In this document: piece after piece, positions 1 to 10,089 of the stretch
Numbering within the stretch: position 1 is the stretch's first letter
Layout of the letters: the number at the start of each line of letters is the position of its first letter
Sequence record: MW879341.1
Length of the DNA stretch: 64,000 bases
Strand: one strand, 5' to 3'
Translations under genes and position numbers: made by a program
The notes under the pieces: generated by a model
The model's input: only the letters and a program-made list of their open reading frames with translations
Database searches by the model: none
Told to the model about the DNA's origin: nothing

Positions 1-1688
1 ACTGCATTAACGATAGCATCGTGCTGCGCCTGAGTGATACTTACCGAACCAGTGTAGTCAAGATCGGAACTGACATCTGTTGCGCTGGACAGCCTTCCCG
101 TATAGAGTCTACTCATACCCACACGCAGAACACCTTCAGACGTCCAATACTCGGTATGTCCCAATTGGTACTTATTACCCACGTCGTCACGAGGAGATGG
201 TCTGAAGCCTTTGACGACTCCCAACCTCGCCGTGTTGAACGTAAAGGTAGGACCACCGGACAAGTCAGAAACCGGGACAGTTGTTTTACGAGAGAAAATA
301 TCATTCCCATTCCCATAAGAAACTAACCCTACCTTCGTTGGTGATAACCAGAACGTATTTCGCGCTGAGTCTCCAAGTGGGGAAGGGTACTGACGAATGA
401 GTGTTTTACTCGACGCTTGTTTCACTGTGCGCTTACTGTAATTCCAGAAAGCAGCAGGTAACACTGGGTTCTGTGTGTCAGTGTTACGATACGTCCTTAC
501 CCCACCGGCGTTCTCATTCGAGTACTGGACAACGAGGACGAAGTTATCGTTACTAACCGCAAGTGACTTATGTGGTTGTTGATCAACACCGATCATAATC
601 TGACCCATGTCTGCCACATTAGGACCGACGAACTCATATCCAGGGGCGACCGTTGAGGGACGTAGTGTGGTAGTACCTCTCAGGTTGGTTGGAACTGTTG
701 CGGTTCTTGCCGTAGGGTTAAAGGTGAAATAGATAGCTGCACCGTAGCCGTAGTTATTGAAGTTAAATCCAAAACTGCCAGCACGGATAGCACAGATACC
801 AATCTCACCAGTAGTAGGGTCAACGTCGCCGTAGATCTGGAGAATGCCAGATGGGGTAGCAACGTTGTCTTGTCTAACAAATATAGGGTCGTCAGACTCG
901 TTGGCACTGTACGTAGTACCACCCAACTTGATATAGTCCGCAGTGTACAAATTACGCACACCTTGCGTCTTTATACCAGTAACCTTCTCCCACGTCACAG
1001 CCGCCTTGGTACGTATATCAACCGCCGCAATTCGCCATACATTAATATCTAATGTCGGTGAAGGCGCATGGAACAGATAGACGTATTCGCCAGACGCACA
1101 CACCCAACCACACTGGTCAGTGATTTCACTTGGGACATTACATACCGCACCCTGATGACTTGCCCAGTTAAGTGTGTTGTTTGTTAAACACACCCAGGCG
1201 TTGTAGTCTGGGTTACCTGACAGATAACCCCATGCCGCACCGCGCGCTGCACTCTGCATCACAGCAGAACACCACCAGTCTGCCTGTAGGAAGGCTGGGC
1301 GGTACTCAGTAGCAGCCGGAATGTGGTCTACTATAGCACCATTGTTATCCAACTTGAAACTACTATAGTACACCGACTCACGAACGCCATTGGTCGCATT
1401 GATTAACGCAACTGGCGTACCGTCGTTCTCGAAATGACAAACGGCAAAGTAGTTGATCTCATTACGGGTAGCTCCTTCGAAACTCCCTGAGAAGTTTAAA
1501 GGTAACCAAAGTAATGAACCAAAGCGCGTAAGTGGTATATCTGACGTTGGCATGATAACACCAGATACGAGATTATCAATCTCGGTACTACTGTAAGCAC
1601 CTACTTGTGACGCGGTTACTGCGTGGGGGTTATTTGATCTACCAATAAAGGAAAGTAGGTCCTTTGCTGTTTGAATAAGCGAGATCAT
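1..1688 (-). CDS. Virion tail-fibre/baseplate protein, 3'-truncated by window start (missing from ORF track)
   Basis: Manual translation from ATG at 1688 stays open to position 1: MISLIQTAKDLLSFIGRSNNPHAVTASQVGAYSSTEID... It carries the same NPHxVT motif as the two upstream genes and starts 2 nt after the 1691 stop. Confidence 0.75.
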   Translation of the reverse strand, partial: MISLIQTAKDLLSFIGRSNNPHAVTASQVGAYSSTEIDNLVSGVIMPTSDIPLTRFGSLLWLPLNFSGSFEGATRNEINYFAVCHFENDGTPVALINATNGVRESVYYSSFKLDNNGAIVDHIPAATEYRPAFLQADWWCSAVMQSAARGAAWGYLSGNPDYNAWVCLTNNTLNWASHQGAVCNVPSEITDQCGWVCASGEYVYLFHAPSPTLDINVWRIAAVDIRTKAAVTWEKVTGIKTQGVRNLYTADYIKLGGTTYSANESDDPIFVRQDNVATPSGILQIYGDVDPTTGEIGICAIRAGSFGFNFNNYGYGAAIYFTFNPTARTATVPTNLRGTTTLRPSTVAPGYEFVGPNVADMGQIMIGVDQQPHKSLAVSNDNFVLVVQYSNENAGGVRTYRNTDTQNPVLPAAFWNYSKRTVKQASSKTLIRQYPSPLGDSARNTFWLSPTKVGLVSYGNGNDIFSRKTTVPVSDLSGGPTFTFNTARLGVVKGFRPSPRDDVGNKYQLGHTEYWTSEGVLRVGMSRLYTGRLSSATDVSSDLDYTGSVSITQAQHDAIVNA

Positions 1689-1690
1689 AA

Positions 1691-2281
1691 CTAACTCCAG
1701 TTAAAGGTACCCTTATCCGTAGGCAGTCCGGTTGAAACGGGAATACTACCTCCACGACGAATAGGAGAAAGGCGGAAACCGTCGAGCATTGCCACAGACT
1801 GCATCACCTCTTTCGAAACCAGACTGCTCTGGGTGAGAGTAACACTCCCGACATAGAAACTGTCGTAGGTGTCAGCTCTTGCGGTGGTGGTCATCTCAAT
1901 AACCATACCCACTTCAGCAGAAGGGTTAGTACACGTCATGTACAGATAAACAGTTTGACCCTTAGCAACGGTGAAGTTATACGTTGCGGCAGTGAACAGA
2001 TATTTACGCCCATTGATGACAACGTAGTTACCAGTCGCGGTGGGTTTCACTGTGATAGCGCCAGCGGTGGTAACGTCTACCGTAATTCCAGCACTATTAT
2101 CTTTTGTATTCCAGGCTGTCAGCGGGAGAATACCAACTGGGATATAACCAGACAACTTAGTGTCGATTTCGTCCCTGCTATAGGTATCAACTTGAGCAGC
2201 TGTGACTTTGTGTGGGTTGTCACGTCGTGCAATGAATGCTTGTAACTGCGCCCACGTCTCTGACAATTTTATTACTGCCAT
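1691..2281 (-). CDS. Tail-fibre-associated virion protein (196 aa)
   Basis: N-terminal RRDNPHKVTAAQVDTYSRDEID motif, beta-rich body, GGAGG RBS upstream. Confidence 0.7.
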   Translation of the reverse strand: MAVIKLSETWAQLQAFIARRDNPHKVTAAQVDTYSRDEIDTKLSGYIPVGILPLTAWNTKDNSAGITVDVTTAGAITVKPTATGNYVVINGRKYLFTAATYNFTVAKGQTVYLYMTCTNPSAEVGMVIEMTTTARADTYDSFYVGSVTLTQSSLVSKEVMQSVAMLDGFRLSPIRRGGSIPVSTGLPTDKGTFNWS

Positions 2282-2292
2282 ACACCCTCCAG

Positions 2293-2320
2293 AATAAAAG
2301 GCGGGCCTTTCGACCCACCT
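2293..2320 (-). terminator. Intrinsic terminator
   Basis: Minus strand reads GGTGGGTC-GAAA-GGCCCGCC-TTTTATT. Confidence 0.65.
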
Positions 2321-2328
2321 AGTCTACG

Positions 2329-4947
2329 TTAATTGTTCGCTGTGACATCCTGAGTGGAGTTGACAGATTTATCCGTATTGCCAGTGAATGTAGCAGTAAG
2401 CGGATTGTTCGTAGTACCGTCACCAGACAGTGTAACGCTGAGACTGTTCGCCGTAGCCACTTTCGCAGTTGGGTTAAGGTCTGCAACGAGGAAGATGTCC
2501 GTTTCAGTATCAACGAAGTGTGTCTTCCCTGTCATCGGAGTATGGTACAATTGACCCGGGGTGAGTTTAACACCACCACCGCCATCAGACACACCCCATG
2601 CATTTCCATCAAAGATCAGCAACTGGTTAGTTGTAAGATCGTAGATAGGGGACTTCGCATCGGGACGAGTGATGGTCTTCCAGGTAGAACTGTTCTGAGA
2701 CTGTGCCATATAGCCGATAGCTGATTTGCTAGCGAAACGACGCAGTTCGTCAGAACTCTGAAGGTCAATCACGATAGTCGCCGCTGGCACGTAGGTATCA
2801 GAACCGAGGTCAGTTGTAGTGACAGTGATTTTATCACCCTCACGAATAGCACGGATCTTACAACCGGTAGGCCAGTTACCCCAACCCTTAGAACCCGGGT
2901 TAGTTGTACGGGTATCGTCAACAACACCATCGCCCCACTTCAGACCGTAGTTACCAGAAGCAACCACAGTAGAGAGAGCGGCTGTAGATCTGGCGTTTAT
3001 CGCAACAGAGAACAGCTTAGGCGCACCACTGATAAAGTTAGGCGTTGAACCACCACAGTTACGAGACGCAATGAGCGTGTAGGTTAAACCGTTCTCAACC
3101 ACACAGCCCAGAATGATACCGATGGTGTCATCATCACCGTCAACGGAACTCAGACGTACTTCGAATACGTAATCGCTGTACGATTCTGGGGAGACGAACC
3201 CTACCAGTGAGTCAGAGTTAACTTTACAGACGATGGCGTTCTTAGCCGCATCGTATTCCCAGGCTTGCGTTTCAGCAGGGAGAGCTGGAGAAACCAGAGA
3301 ACCCTTGATACTGATCCTGCGCCAGGTATTGAATACGCGACCAAAGTCTTCGTCAGCTGCTTTCAGAAGCGCCATCTCGGTAGCGTTGGTAGCAAAGCCG
3401 ATCTTACGGGAAACGATACGACCATAGCGGAAACCACCGTACTGTGGATCACCGTTAACCAAAGGTACGTCGCCCAGCTGTGAAGCTTCGACAGTACGAT
3501 CGTTTAACTTAGACCACAGGTTACGCAGCAACACACCTGGAGTCAGGTAAGCCGTGTTGTTGGTATCTGCAAACGTTGCATCGGTAGCAAGACCGTAGTT
3601 CTGCACGTTACCCAACCCAACCTGCGTTTTGTTCACGCCGTGCGGGTTCGTCTTGTCAGCAAGGTGGGCAGACAACTGACCGGCTGGACCTGCGTTATAG
3701 AACGCAGTCATCATGGTCGTTACACCCGCTACAGTGGTGTATTTATCAGTAGCCGTACCGCCTGCCAATTCAGCCGCTGTCGCAATACCGAAGTTACGCA
3801 CATTACTCAGACCTACAGTAGTAGCTGTGATCTTGTGTGGGTTATCGGCATCCAGGTGCTGCTGCATTACCGCTGCAACCGCATTAGCCACATGCTGCGC
3901 AACACGCAGTGGTGACATATACAAGTTCTCAGCAGTACCGGCAATAGCTTGCTCGAAGTTAGCCATCCCGTAGTTCTGAACGTTACCAAGACCGATTGAG
4001 TCTTTAGTGGGAACATCCACGTTACCAGAGAGTGCTGCCTGGATACGGTCAGTAACAATTGCTGCTACTAACTGTGGCGACATATAGCGAGAGGTCAGTG
4101 TACCTTCTAACGCCTCACCCAACGTAGCCATGCGGTAGTTCTCTACCAAGTCCAAACCTACTTGTGCTTTAGTCACACCGTGTGGGTTGTTCTTGTTGTT
4201 CGCATGGGTGTTGATCGCCGGTTGTACTTTACTGGTCAGGAAATACTGCAAACGGCGTGCTGAGATAAAGCGAAGGTTGTCAGTGCCCGCATCGACGTCA
4301 GCTGTTGTAGATTCTGAAAGTCCACCCAGACTATCCAGACCCAACTGAGCCAAAGAAACTTCATGTGGGTTAGCGTGGTCACGTAAGTGTTCCAACAGGG
4401 CAGACAGAGCCTTACCTGCTGAGTCACCAATGGCTACACGAATTGCTTCGATACCTTTGGTTACGTCATCCATCCCTACCAGGTCGTCACTGTGGTGCAG
4501 GTGGTCAACCGGTGGGAAGGTGATCGGTTTATCAATGACGTCTTCCCAACGCACAGTACGTGGGTCGGTTTTAACGTTCTGAAGCAGGGTTAGGATTTCT
4601 TGCGTATCCATAACCCACTCGCCACCCAACGTCTGGTACTCTACCGTAAGCTGTCCAGAGAGAGTCCGGTCAGTAATAACGATGGCACCGTAGATTGGCG
4701 TAGCAGTTTGTTTGGAAGCCGCTTCGAATTTGTAACCCAGATCAAAGTGGATACCTTCGACCAAAGTCTGGCCGCTGGTGATATGCTTTACAACCATCCC
4801 TTTACGAAAGAAAGGTGCAAAGCTCGGAATAATCACATCAAAATCCGACCCGTTGGCCGGAGTAATAGTATGCGATTCGGGAGGCACGCGGTTGGCGGCC
4901 AAACCCCCTGAGGGGTCGAATTCATATAGGTACTTTTTATCAAACAT
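2329..4947 (-). CDS. Large tail-fibre/baseplate virion protein (872 aa; phiKZ gp145/146-like), with NPHxVT repeats and a lectin-like C-terminal domain
   Basis: Four to five HxxDxxNPHxVTxxQVGLxxVxNY repeats; C-terminal YVFEVRLSSVDGDDDTIGIILG resembles thrombospondin-C/L-lectin domains. Confidence 0.75.
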   Translation of the reverse strand: MFDKKYLYEFDPSGGLAANRVPPESHTITPANGSDFDVIIPSFAPFFRKGMVVKHITSGQTLVEGIHFDLGYKFEAASKQTATPIYGAIVITDRTLSGQLTVEYQTLGGEWVMDTQEILTLLQNVKTDPRTVRWEDVIDKPITFPPVDHLHHSDDLVGMDDVTKGIEAIRVAIGDSAGKALSALLEHLRDHANPHEVSLAQLGLDSLGGLSESTTADVDAGTDNLRFISARRLQYFLTSKVQPAINTHANNKNNPHGVTKAQVGLDLVENYRMATLGEALEGTLTSRYMSPQLVAAIVTDRIQAALSGNVDVPTKDSIGLGNVQNYGMANFEQAIAGTAENLYMSPLRVAQHVANAVAAVMQQHLDADNPHKITATTVGLSNVRNFGIATAAELAGGTATDKYTTVAGVTTMMTAFYNAGPAGQLSAHLADKTNPHGVNKTQVGLGNVQNYGLATDATFADTNNTAYLTPGVLLRNLWSKLNDRTVEASQLGDVPLVNGDPQYGGFRYGRIVSRKIGFATNATEMALLKAADEDFGRVFNTWRRISIKGSLVSPALPAETQAWEYDAAKNAIVCKVNSDSLVGFVSPESYSDYVFEVRLSSVDGDDDTIGIILGCVVENGLTYTLIASRNCGGSTPNFISGAPKLFSVAINARSTAALSTVVASGNYGLKWGDGVVDDTRTTNPGSKGWGNWPTGCKIRAIREGDKITVTTTDLGSDTYVPAATIVIDLQSSDELRRFASKSAIGYMAQSQNSSTWKTITRPDAKSPIYDLTTNQLLIFDGNAWGVSDGGGGVKLTPGQLYHTPMTGKTHFVDTETDIFLVADLNPTAKVATANSLSVTLSGDGTTNNPLTATFTGNTDKSVNSTQDVTANN

Positions 4948-5061
4948 ATCTGTTCGCCTCTGCGAGCCTAATGTAAAAAATTATTTCTCTGACCATTACG
5001 TGGGTGTAGGCTATGACATATTATAAGTCGGTCCTGGGGGTGGTGAAAATGAGGTTAAGCT

Positions 5062-6300
5062 ATGTATAAATACATACAGGGGACAGCCGAGGCCATTGGC
5101 ATGCCTGGTGTGTGGGACCCCGCTAATTTAGGCACACTCACGTTTGCACAGATTTTCCAGCGTTACACTGGTGCGGTTGCTATAGTAGAAGTCGTCGAGA
5201 TCAGTACGCGTTACAGTTTAGATTTGTGGGCGTTGCCAACTACGTTAAGACAGTTACCTATCACGTTGAGTAACTGGTTGACGAGTGTCGGTAATGACAT
5301 GATTCCTATCTCGGAAGCCATCCCGTCTAAGTCTCGTCTCTATGCCACGTATCGTGATCTTTGGAATGCGGGTTTCCAGGTTCAGGGGTACAACCGCAAT
5401 ATCTCTGAGAAGCAAGTATTGCTTTCAGACCAGATCATCGATGCGAAAGTCACGAAGTCAGATGTTAACTACGCAACGTTGGATAAATACTCACTGTTCG
5501 TCGTTAATGGGTTGGTGCATTTCTCAACGGCTATCGATACAGGGATTATTGTCGCTGATGCTGGACGCAGTCTGTCTAAAGCAGATGACAACCGTATCGG
5601 AGTAATTAACTTTGAGAAGATTGGTGTGGTATCACGCATCCCAATTACCGATAAGATGATTGTCACTAACCCGTCTGACCTACCGCTTAAAGAAACGGTC
5701 TATTTGTCACTGGGTAATGTGGACTTGACGTCTAAGACTGTTGGCGTTGTCATCGGGGGACATCTACACCTATTAGACGGAGCGTACGATCAGGTAGGCA
5801 CTAACCTGCTGAAAATTCATATGCGTGAGTACCCACTGGTTGATCGCTATTGGGAACTCAAAGGTAAGACCGATGTTAGTAGCATCAAGATTACCCCGTT
5901 CGAAAACCGTGTAGATAAACTCGACTTCACTGAGTTGACCAGTGATGCAAATATCAAAGCGCTGTTGAAGCTGTCTCAGAGTTTCGTTGTTACTATTGAA
6001 GCTCAGAACATCGGCGTCGAGAAACTCCAGGTACATCAAGCTGAACTGGCTGGGCGTTTTGTAGCTTACGAAGAACCGCGTTATCCGATTATGAATGACA
6101 CGGGTGCGTTCAGTAACTACAGTTGGTATAAGGCTAAACACGACTGGGTTATCCGTACTTCAGATTACCAGTATACCAACTACATGCGAACGACTACGGA
6201 GTACAAACTCCAACGCTACGTGACTAACCACCGTTACGTGCATCGTCCAACGCAATACCACGATAGCTTCTGGTGGAAACTCTACAAGGTTGTAGACTAG
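5062..6300 (+). CDS. Conserved phiKZ-like virion structural protein (412 aa)
   Basis: Long ORF, GAGG RBS, located in the baseplate gene neighbourhood; function from synteny only. Confidence 0.6.
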   Translation: MYKYIQGTAEAIGMPGVWDPANLGTLTFAQIFQRYTGAVAIVEVVEISTRYSLDLWALPTTLRQLPITLSNWLTSVGNDMIPISEAIPSKSRLYATYRDLWNAGFQVQGYNRNISEKQVLLSDQIIDAKVTKSDVNYATLDKYSLFVVNGLVHFSTAIDTGIIVADAGRSLSKADDNRIGVINFEKIGVVSRIPITDKMIVTNPSDLPLKETVYLSLGNVDLTSKTVGVVIGGHLHLLDGAYDQVGTNLLKIHMREYPLVDRYWELKGKTDVSSIKITPFENRVDKLDFTELTSDANIKALLKLSQSFVVTIEAQNIGVEKLQVHQAELAGRFVAYEEPRYPIMNDTGAFSNYSWYKAKHDWVIRTSDYQYTNYMRTTTEYKLQRYVTNHRYVHRPTQYHDSFWWKLYKVVD

Positions 6301-6354
6301 CGGCATAAACTCCTACCCTCCACCAAACGGTGAGGGGTAGGGGTAGTTATGCTG
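6301..6354. terminator. Bidirectional terminator (hairpin flanked by CGGCATAA...TTATGCTG)
   Basis: Hairpin cctaccctccacc-aaac-ggtgaggggtagg between convergent genes. Confidence 0.75.
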
Positions 6355-7338
6355 TTAATTGATATTTGGTGCGTTTACGTTCGCAGACGAATTGATACCC
6401 GCGCAAGTAATCAGGCCAGTAACTGTCATTCCGTTCGTTACATTCAATGCACCTTCGATACGCATGTTTCCTTTTGACACCATCCCCTTCGAGTTACCCG
6501 AGTAGCCCGTAGAGATATTACCTACAGTGACGTCACCAGTAAAGGAAGCATTTGGCGTATCCATAAAGAAACGTTTAGATGCTTTACCGGTAAACTCGTC
6601 ACACTCAACATCGATTGTCTGCGCTTTAACTTGGAAGAGTTTTGTTTCCAGTCCGATAAGTTCAGCAGCTTTAGCGATGATGTTGTTTTTGTCTAGTGTC
6701 AGTAGCGTACCAAAGCTATTCTTCAATACCCAGATAGCTTCAGTGGAGTCCAGTGAGATATAGTTGCCAGTGTCATCAGCGAGCACTACGTGAGCCTCAG
6801 CGAGATTGAACTGGAAGACATACCCTACTGGCTCTCCTTGCGTCTTACACGTTCTCAGTGTGATCTGCTTCGTGTGTGTGGAGATCTCGAAGGTGTGCAT
6901 GTTAGATGGATCTACAGTCACACCATCCTTAGTCCCTTTCGTTGCATCTGGGTTATTGTTAAACCCATAAACGATAGTTTCTAAGCGTCGAAGGTCATTG
7001 TCTAACCCGAGGTCATCCCAGTAGTATTTATCCTGGTCAGCGAAACGATAAATCTGAACACGCGTATTACGACGAACATCAGGGGGAGTAATACGGTTAC
7101 TCCCCCAACGTAGCCAGGTTGCTTTCACCGTGGTGTCGGTTGTGGTTGCCGTGGTATACTCTTTCCCCTGGTTATCCTTACCCTTTGCTTCTAACTGTTG
7201 TGCATCCGATACTACAGCACCAGACATCCCCACACTTGACTCAGCGAGAGCAACGAGTAGTACATCACTACCTAACTCTTTGTCCTCAGCAGCTGTGCCG
7301 ATGGATACCCGTTTGAATTCTGAGCTGAGTTCTTGCAT
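6355..7338 (-). CDS. Baseplate central spike / puncturing protein (phiKZ gp164-like)
   Basis: OB-fold-like N-terminal half, then beta-helix-type short repeats (VTVGNI..MRIEGALNVTNGMTVTGLITCAGI). Start moved to ATG 7338 (MQELSSEF); ORF track extends to 7386. Confidence 0.65.
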   Translation of the reverse strand: MQELSSEFKRVSIGTAAEDKELGSDVLLVALAESSVGMSGAVVSDAQQLEAKGKDNQGKEYTTATTTDTTVKATWLRWGSNRITPPDVRRNTRVQIYRFADQDKYYWDDLGLDNDLRRLETIVYGFNNNPDATKGTKDGVTVDPSNMHTFEISTHTKQITLRTCKTQGEPVGYVFQFNLAEAHVVLADDTGNYISLDSTEAIWVLKNSFGTLLTLDKNNIIAKAAELIGLETKLFQVKAQTIDVECDEFTGKASKRFFMDTPNASFTGDVTVGNISTGYSGNSKGMVSKGNMRIEGALNVTNGMTVTGLITCAGINSSANVNAPNIN

Positions 7339-7577
7339 ATCCCACCCATTAAGTAAAAAAGTATTCTGTCTTCCTATTATTTGCAAAGGTTATCGTACCT
7401 ACAACACTTTCTGGATACACCAGAAAGGGAATGGGTTTCTATATATTACTTATAATAGGGGTATATTAAATACCCCTTAATTAATCATCTTATTATCTAT
7501 TTAAATACAAAAATACAGAGAACATTTAAAAGTATTGATCAGGGTTATCCTATAGAGTAAACCTTCGGAGCACCACA

Positions 7578-10049
7578 ATGAGAATTCGCAAGCTGGAACT
7601 GGCTGGCTACATTCGTTTGATCTACGCTGGCATCAAACGGATTGTCTACGAACCAGAGTCAGAGTATCAGTTAGTCATCGGAACAAACGGCTCAGGTAAG
7701 AGTTCACTGATTGCCGAACTGTCACCCTTACCGGCATCTAAGCAAGACTTTCTGGTCGGGGGTTACAAATACGTCGAGTTAGAACACAATGGTCGTAGCT
7801 ACACCGTTAAGTCTGAATTCTCACACGGGAACAGACACACCTTTATCGTAGACGGCGAAGTCTTAAACGATGCAGGCACAGCAGCGACACAGAAAGAACT
7901 CGTACTGGAACACTTTGGGTACGATAAAGACTTACATGATCTTATCACCGGTGAAACGAAGTTCACCGCTATGTCAACTCAACAGAGACGTGATTGGATC
8001 TCTCGTGCTTGCAGTAGTGACGTGACTTACGCGTTAGGTTTGTTCAACCGACTCAAGTCCGCTGCCCGTGACGCCATTGGTGCACGCAAACATGCAGAGA
8101 CCCGTTTAGCTGTTGAGTATAAAGGTCTGTTTTCTGACGATGAGTTAAATGCCCTACAAGTGCGTATAGACGAGCTGACGACGACCATCACTGAACTGAT
8201 GTATTCGGTTGACCAGAACGCGTTACCTCGTGTGGATGCTTCTCAGCGCTTAGAAGAGGCATTGGCAGAACTGCGCTCGATTGCAGAAGACCGTGTACTC
8301 AAAATGGACCTGACTACATTGCAAGGGGAAGTCTCATTAGAGAACCTGGGCGATAAAGTAAGATCGTTGGCTAGTGAGTTGGGGAATATCGAACAGTTCC
8401 TCACTGCACGCCGTCGTGAGTTCGTTGAATTAGAAGACACGCTCCAACAGTTAGCCGGGACAGGTAATAACAGTCTCCAAGACGAATTGGGTCAACTGAA
8501 CGAGAACCTGAAAGCGTTCTACGAACACCGTATCGACTTTGACTTCGGTGAGACAGACTTCATCCACCTTTATCGTGTTGCTGAGAATATCGACAACGCT
8601 TTAACCGATAAGCTATTAGCCTTACCGCCTAACCCTGGTAAGTGCTATAACAAACACAGCTTAGAGGAAGCCCAACGTAAGAACGATGAGTTGGTGGGTG
8701 CTAAGAATGTGAAGTCCACAGAACTGGCTCGTTTGAATGCACGTAAGGAAACTATCCTGGGTGCTGAGAAAACAACCTGCCCTAGCTGCGGTTATATCTG
8801 GGTACCGGGTGTGTCAGAACAAGACCTCCGTGTTATCAATGAGAAGATCGAGTTACTGGCTGCTCAGTTACAACAGGTTAACGAAGCCTTGCAACGTAAT
8901 GGCGTGTGGCTGGAAGAATTACTGGAATGGCGTAGACTGTTTACTGACTTCCGTAACCTCTTACAGTTAAACTCAGTGTTGGCACCTTTGTGGAAAGAGT
9001 TCATCGTTAATGACTTGATCTACGAAGACCCAAATGGTTGCGTGCATTTGTTCTATCGTTGGAAAGATCAACTGAAGGCGTTGGCTGAGCGTACTCGCTT
9101 AGAGCATCGCATTGAAGAAATCAATGTGGTCATCAAACGTGCTAATGAAATCAGTGGTGGTGGTTCTACAGCTGTGTTGACTACCCGTGCTAAACAGTTA
9201 GAGGTCGAACTCACTGAACTGAGTCGTCGTGAAGTGGAGACTCGCAATCAGTACGAGTATTACTCTCGCTGTGTGTCACTTGCTGTCGAGTGGCAGAGTC
9301 TGACTGACAAACTGTACGGTGCTGTAAATAAAGTCAACGAGTGTGCTAAGGTTTCACTGAAGGCACAGGTTAACGATCACTACCGTCAGATCATCGGTAG
9401 ACATCAGTCCGAACTAGCACAGCTGTCTTACCAACTCAACGAGAAAAAGTCCGCTAAAGAAATCGTTGCTTCCTTAGAACGCCAGCGCGATGAGTTACTA
9501 CAGAAAGAGGAAGACTTCAAACTTCTGATTGCTGAACTCTCTCCAACCAGTGGAATGATTGCTGACCAGCTCAGTGGGTGTATCGATGCGTTAGTCGAAC
9601 AGATGAACGACTATATCTCTTGCGTCTGGACATATGACCTGATTGTGATGAGCTGTGGTTTAGACAATGCCGATCTGGACTACAAGTTCCCGATGGAAGT
9701 GAAGTCTCGACCTAAACTGATTCCTGATGTCTCTAAGGGTTCAGGTGCTATGAAGAACATCGTGGACTTTACTTTCGTGTTGGTAGTTATGAGTTTCCTG
9801 GATTTGAAAGGATACCCACTATTCCCAGACGAGTTAGGTTCTACGTTTGACCCAGAACACCGCATGCGTTTAGTAGGCTTCTTTAAACAGTTGGTTGAGT
9901 CTCGTCGTACGTCTCAGATCTTCTATATCTCCCATAACCCAGAAGCACACGACACTTTAATCAGTGCTGACGTGTTGGTGATGGATTCTGCTAACGTGGG
10001 TGAAGTCCCAGGCTCTAACCAGAACGTGACATTTGAATACGCGGCATAA
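7578..10049 (+). CDS. sbcC: SbcC/Rad50-like SMC ATPase (823 aa)
   Basis: Walker A GTNGSGKSS, long coiled coils, CPSC zinc hook, signature SKGSG, Walker B/D-loop LFPDELGSTFD. Confidence 0.92.
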   Translation: MRIRKLELAGYIRLIYAGIKRIVYEPESEYQLVIGTNGSGKSSLIAELSPLPASKQDFLVGGYKYVELEHNGRSYTVKSEFSHGNRHTFIVDGEVLNDAGTAATQKELVLEHFGYDKDLHDLITGETKFTAMSTQQRRDWISRACSSDVTYALGLFNRLKSAARDAIGARKHAETRLAVEYKGLFSDDELNALQVRIDELTTTITELMYSVDQNALPRVDASQRLEEALAELRSIAEDRVLKMDLTTLQGEVSLENLGDKVRSLASELGNIEQFLTARRREFVELEDTLQQLAGTGNNSLQDELGQLNENLKAFYEHRIDFDFGETDFIHLYRVAENIDNALTDKLLALPPNPGKCYNKHSLEEAQRKNDELVGAKNVKSTELARLNARKETILGAEKTTCPSCGYIWVPGVSEQDLRVINEKIELLAAQLQQVNEALQRNGVWLEELLEWRRLFTDFRNLLQLNSVLAPLWKEFIVNDLIYEDPNGCVHLFYRWKDQLKALAERTRLEHRIEEINVVIKRANEISGGGSTAVLTTRAKQLEVELTELSRREVETRNQYEYYSRCVSLAVEWQSLTDKLYGAVNKVNECAKVSLKAQVNDHYRQIIGRHQSELAQLSYQLNEKKSAKEIVASLERQRDELLQKEEDFKLLIAELSPTSGMIADQLSGCIDALVEQMNDYISCVWTYDLIVMSCGLDNADLDYKFPMEVKSRPKLIPDVSKGSGAMKNIVDFTFVLVVMSFLDLKGYPLFPDELGSTFDPEHRMRLVGFFKQLVESRRTSQIFYISHNPEAHDTLISADVLVMDSANVGEVPGSNQNVTFEYAA

Positions 10050-10089
10050 AAGAAATGAGGAGGAGCCCGAAAGCTCCTCCTTTATGCCG
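10042..10089. terminator. Bidirectional terminator
   Basis: CGGCATAAA ... ggaggagc-ccgaaa-gctcctcc ... TTTATGCCG between convergent stops. Confidence 0.78.
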
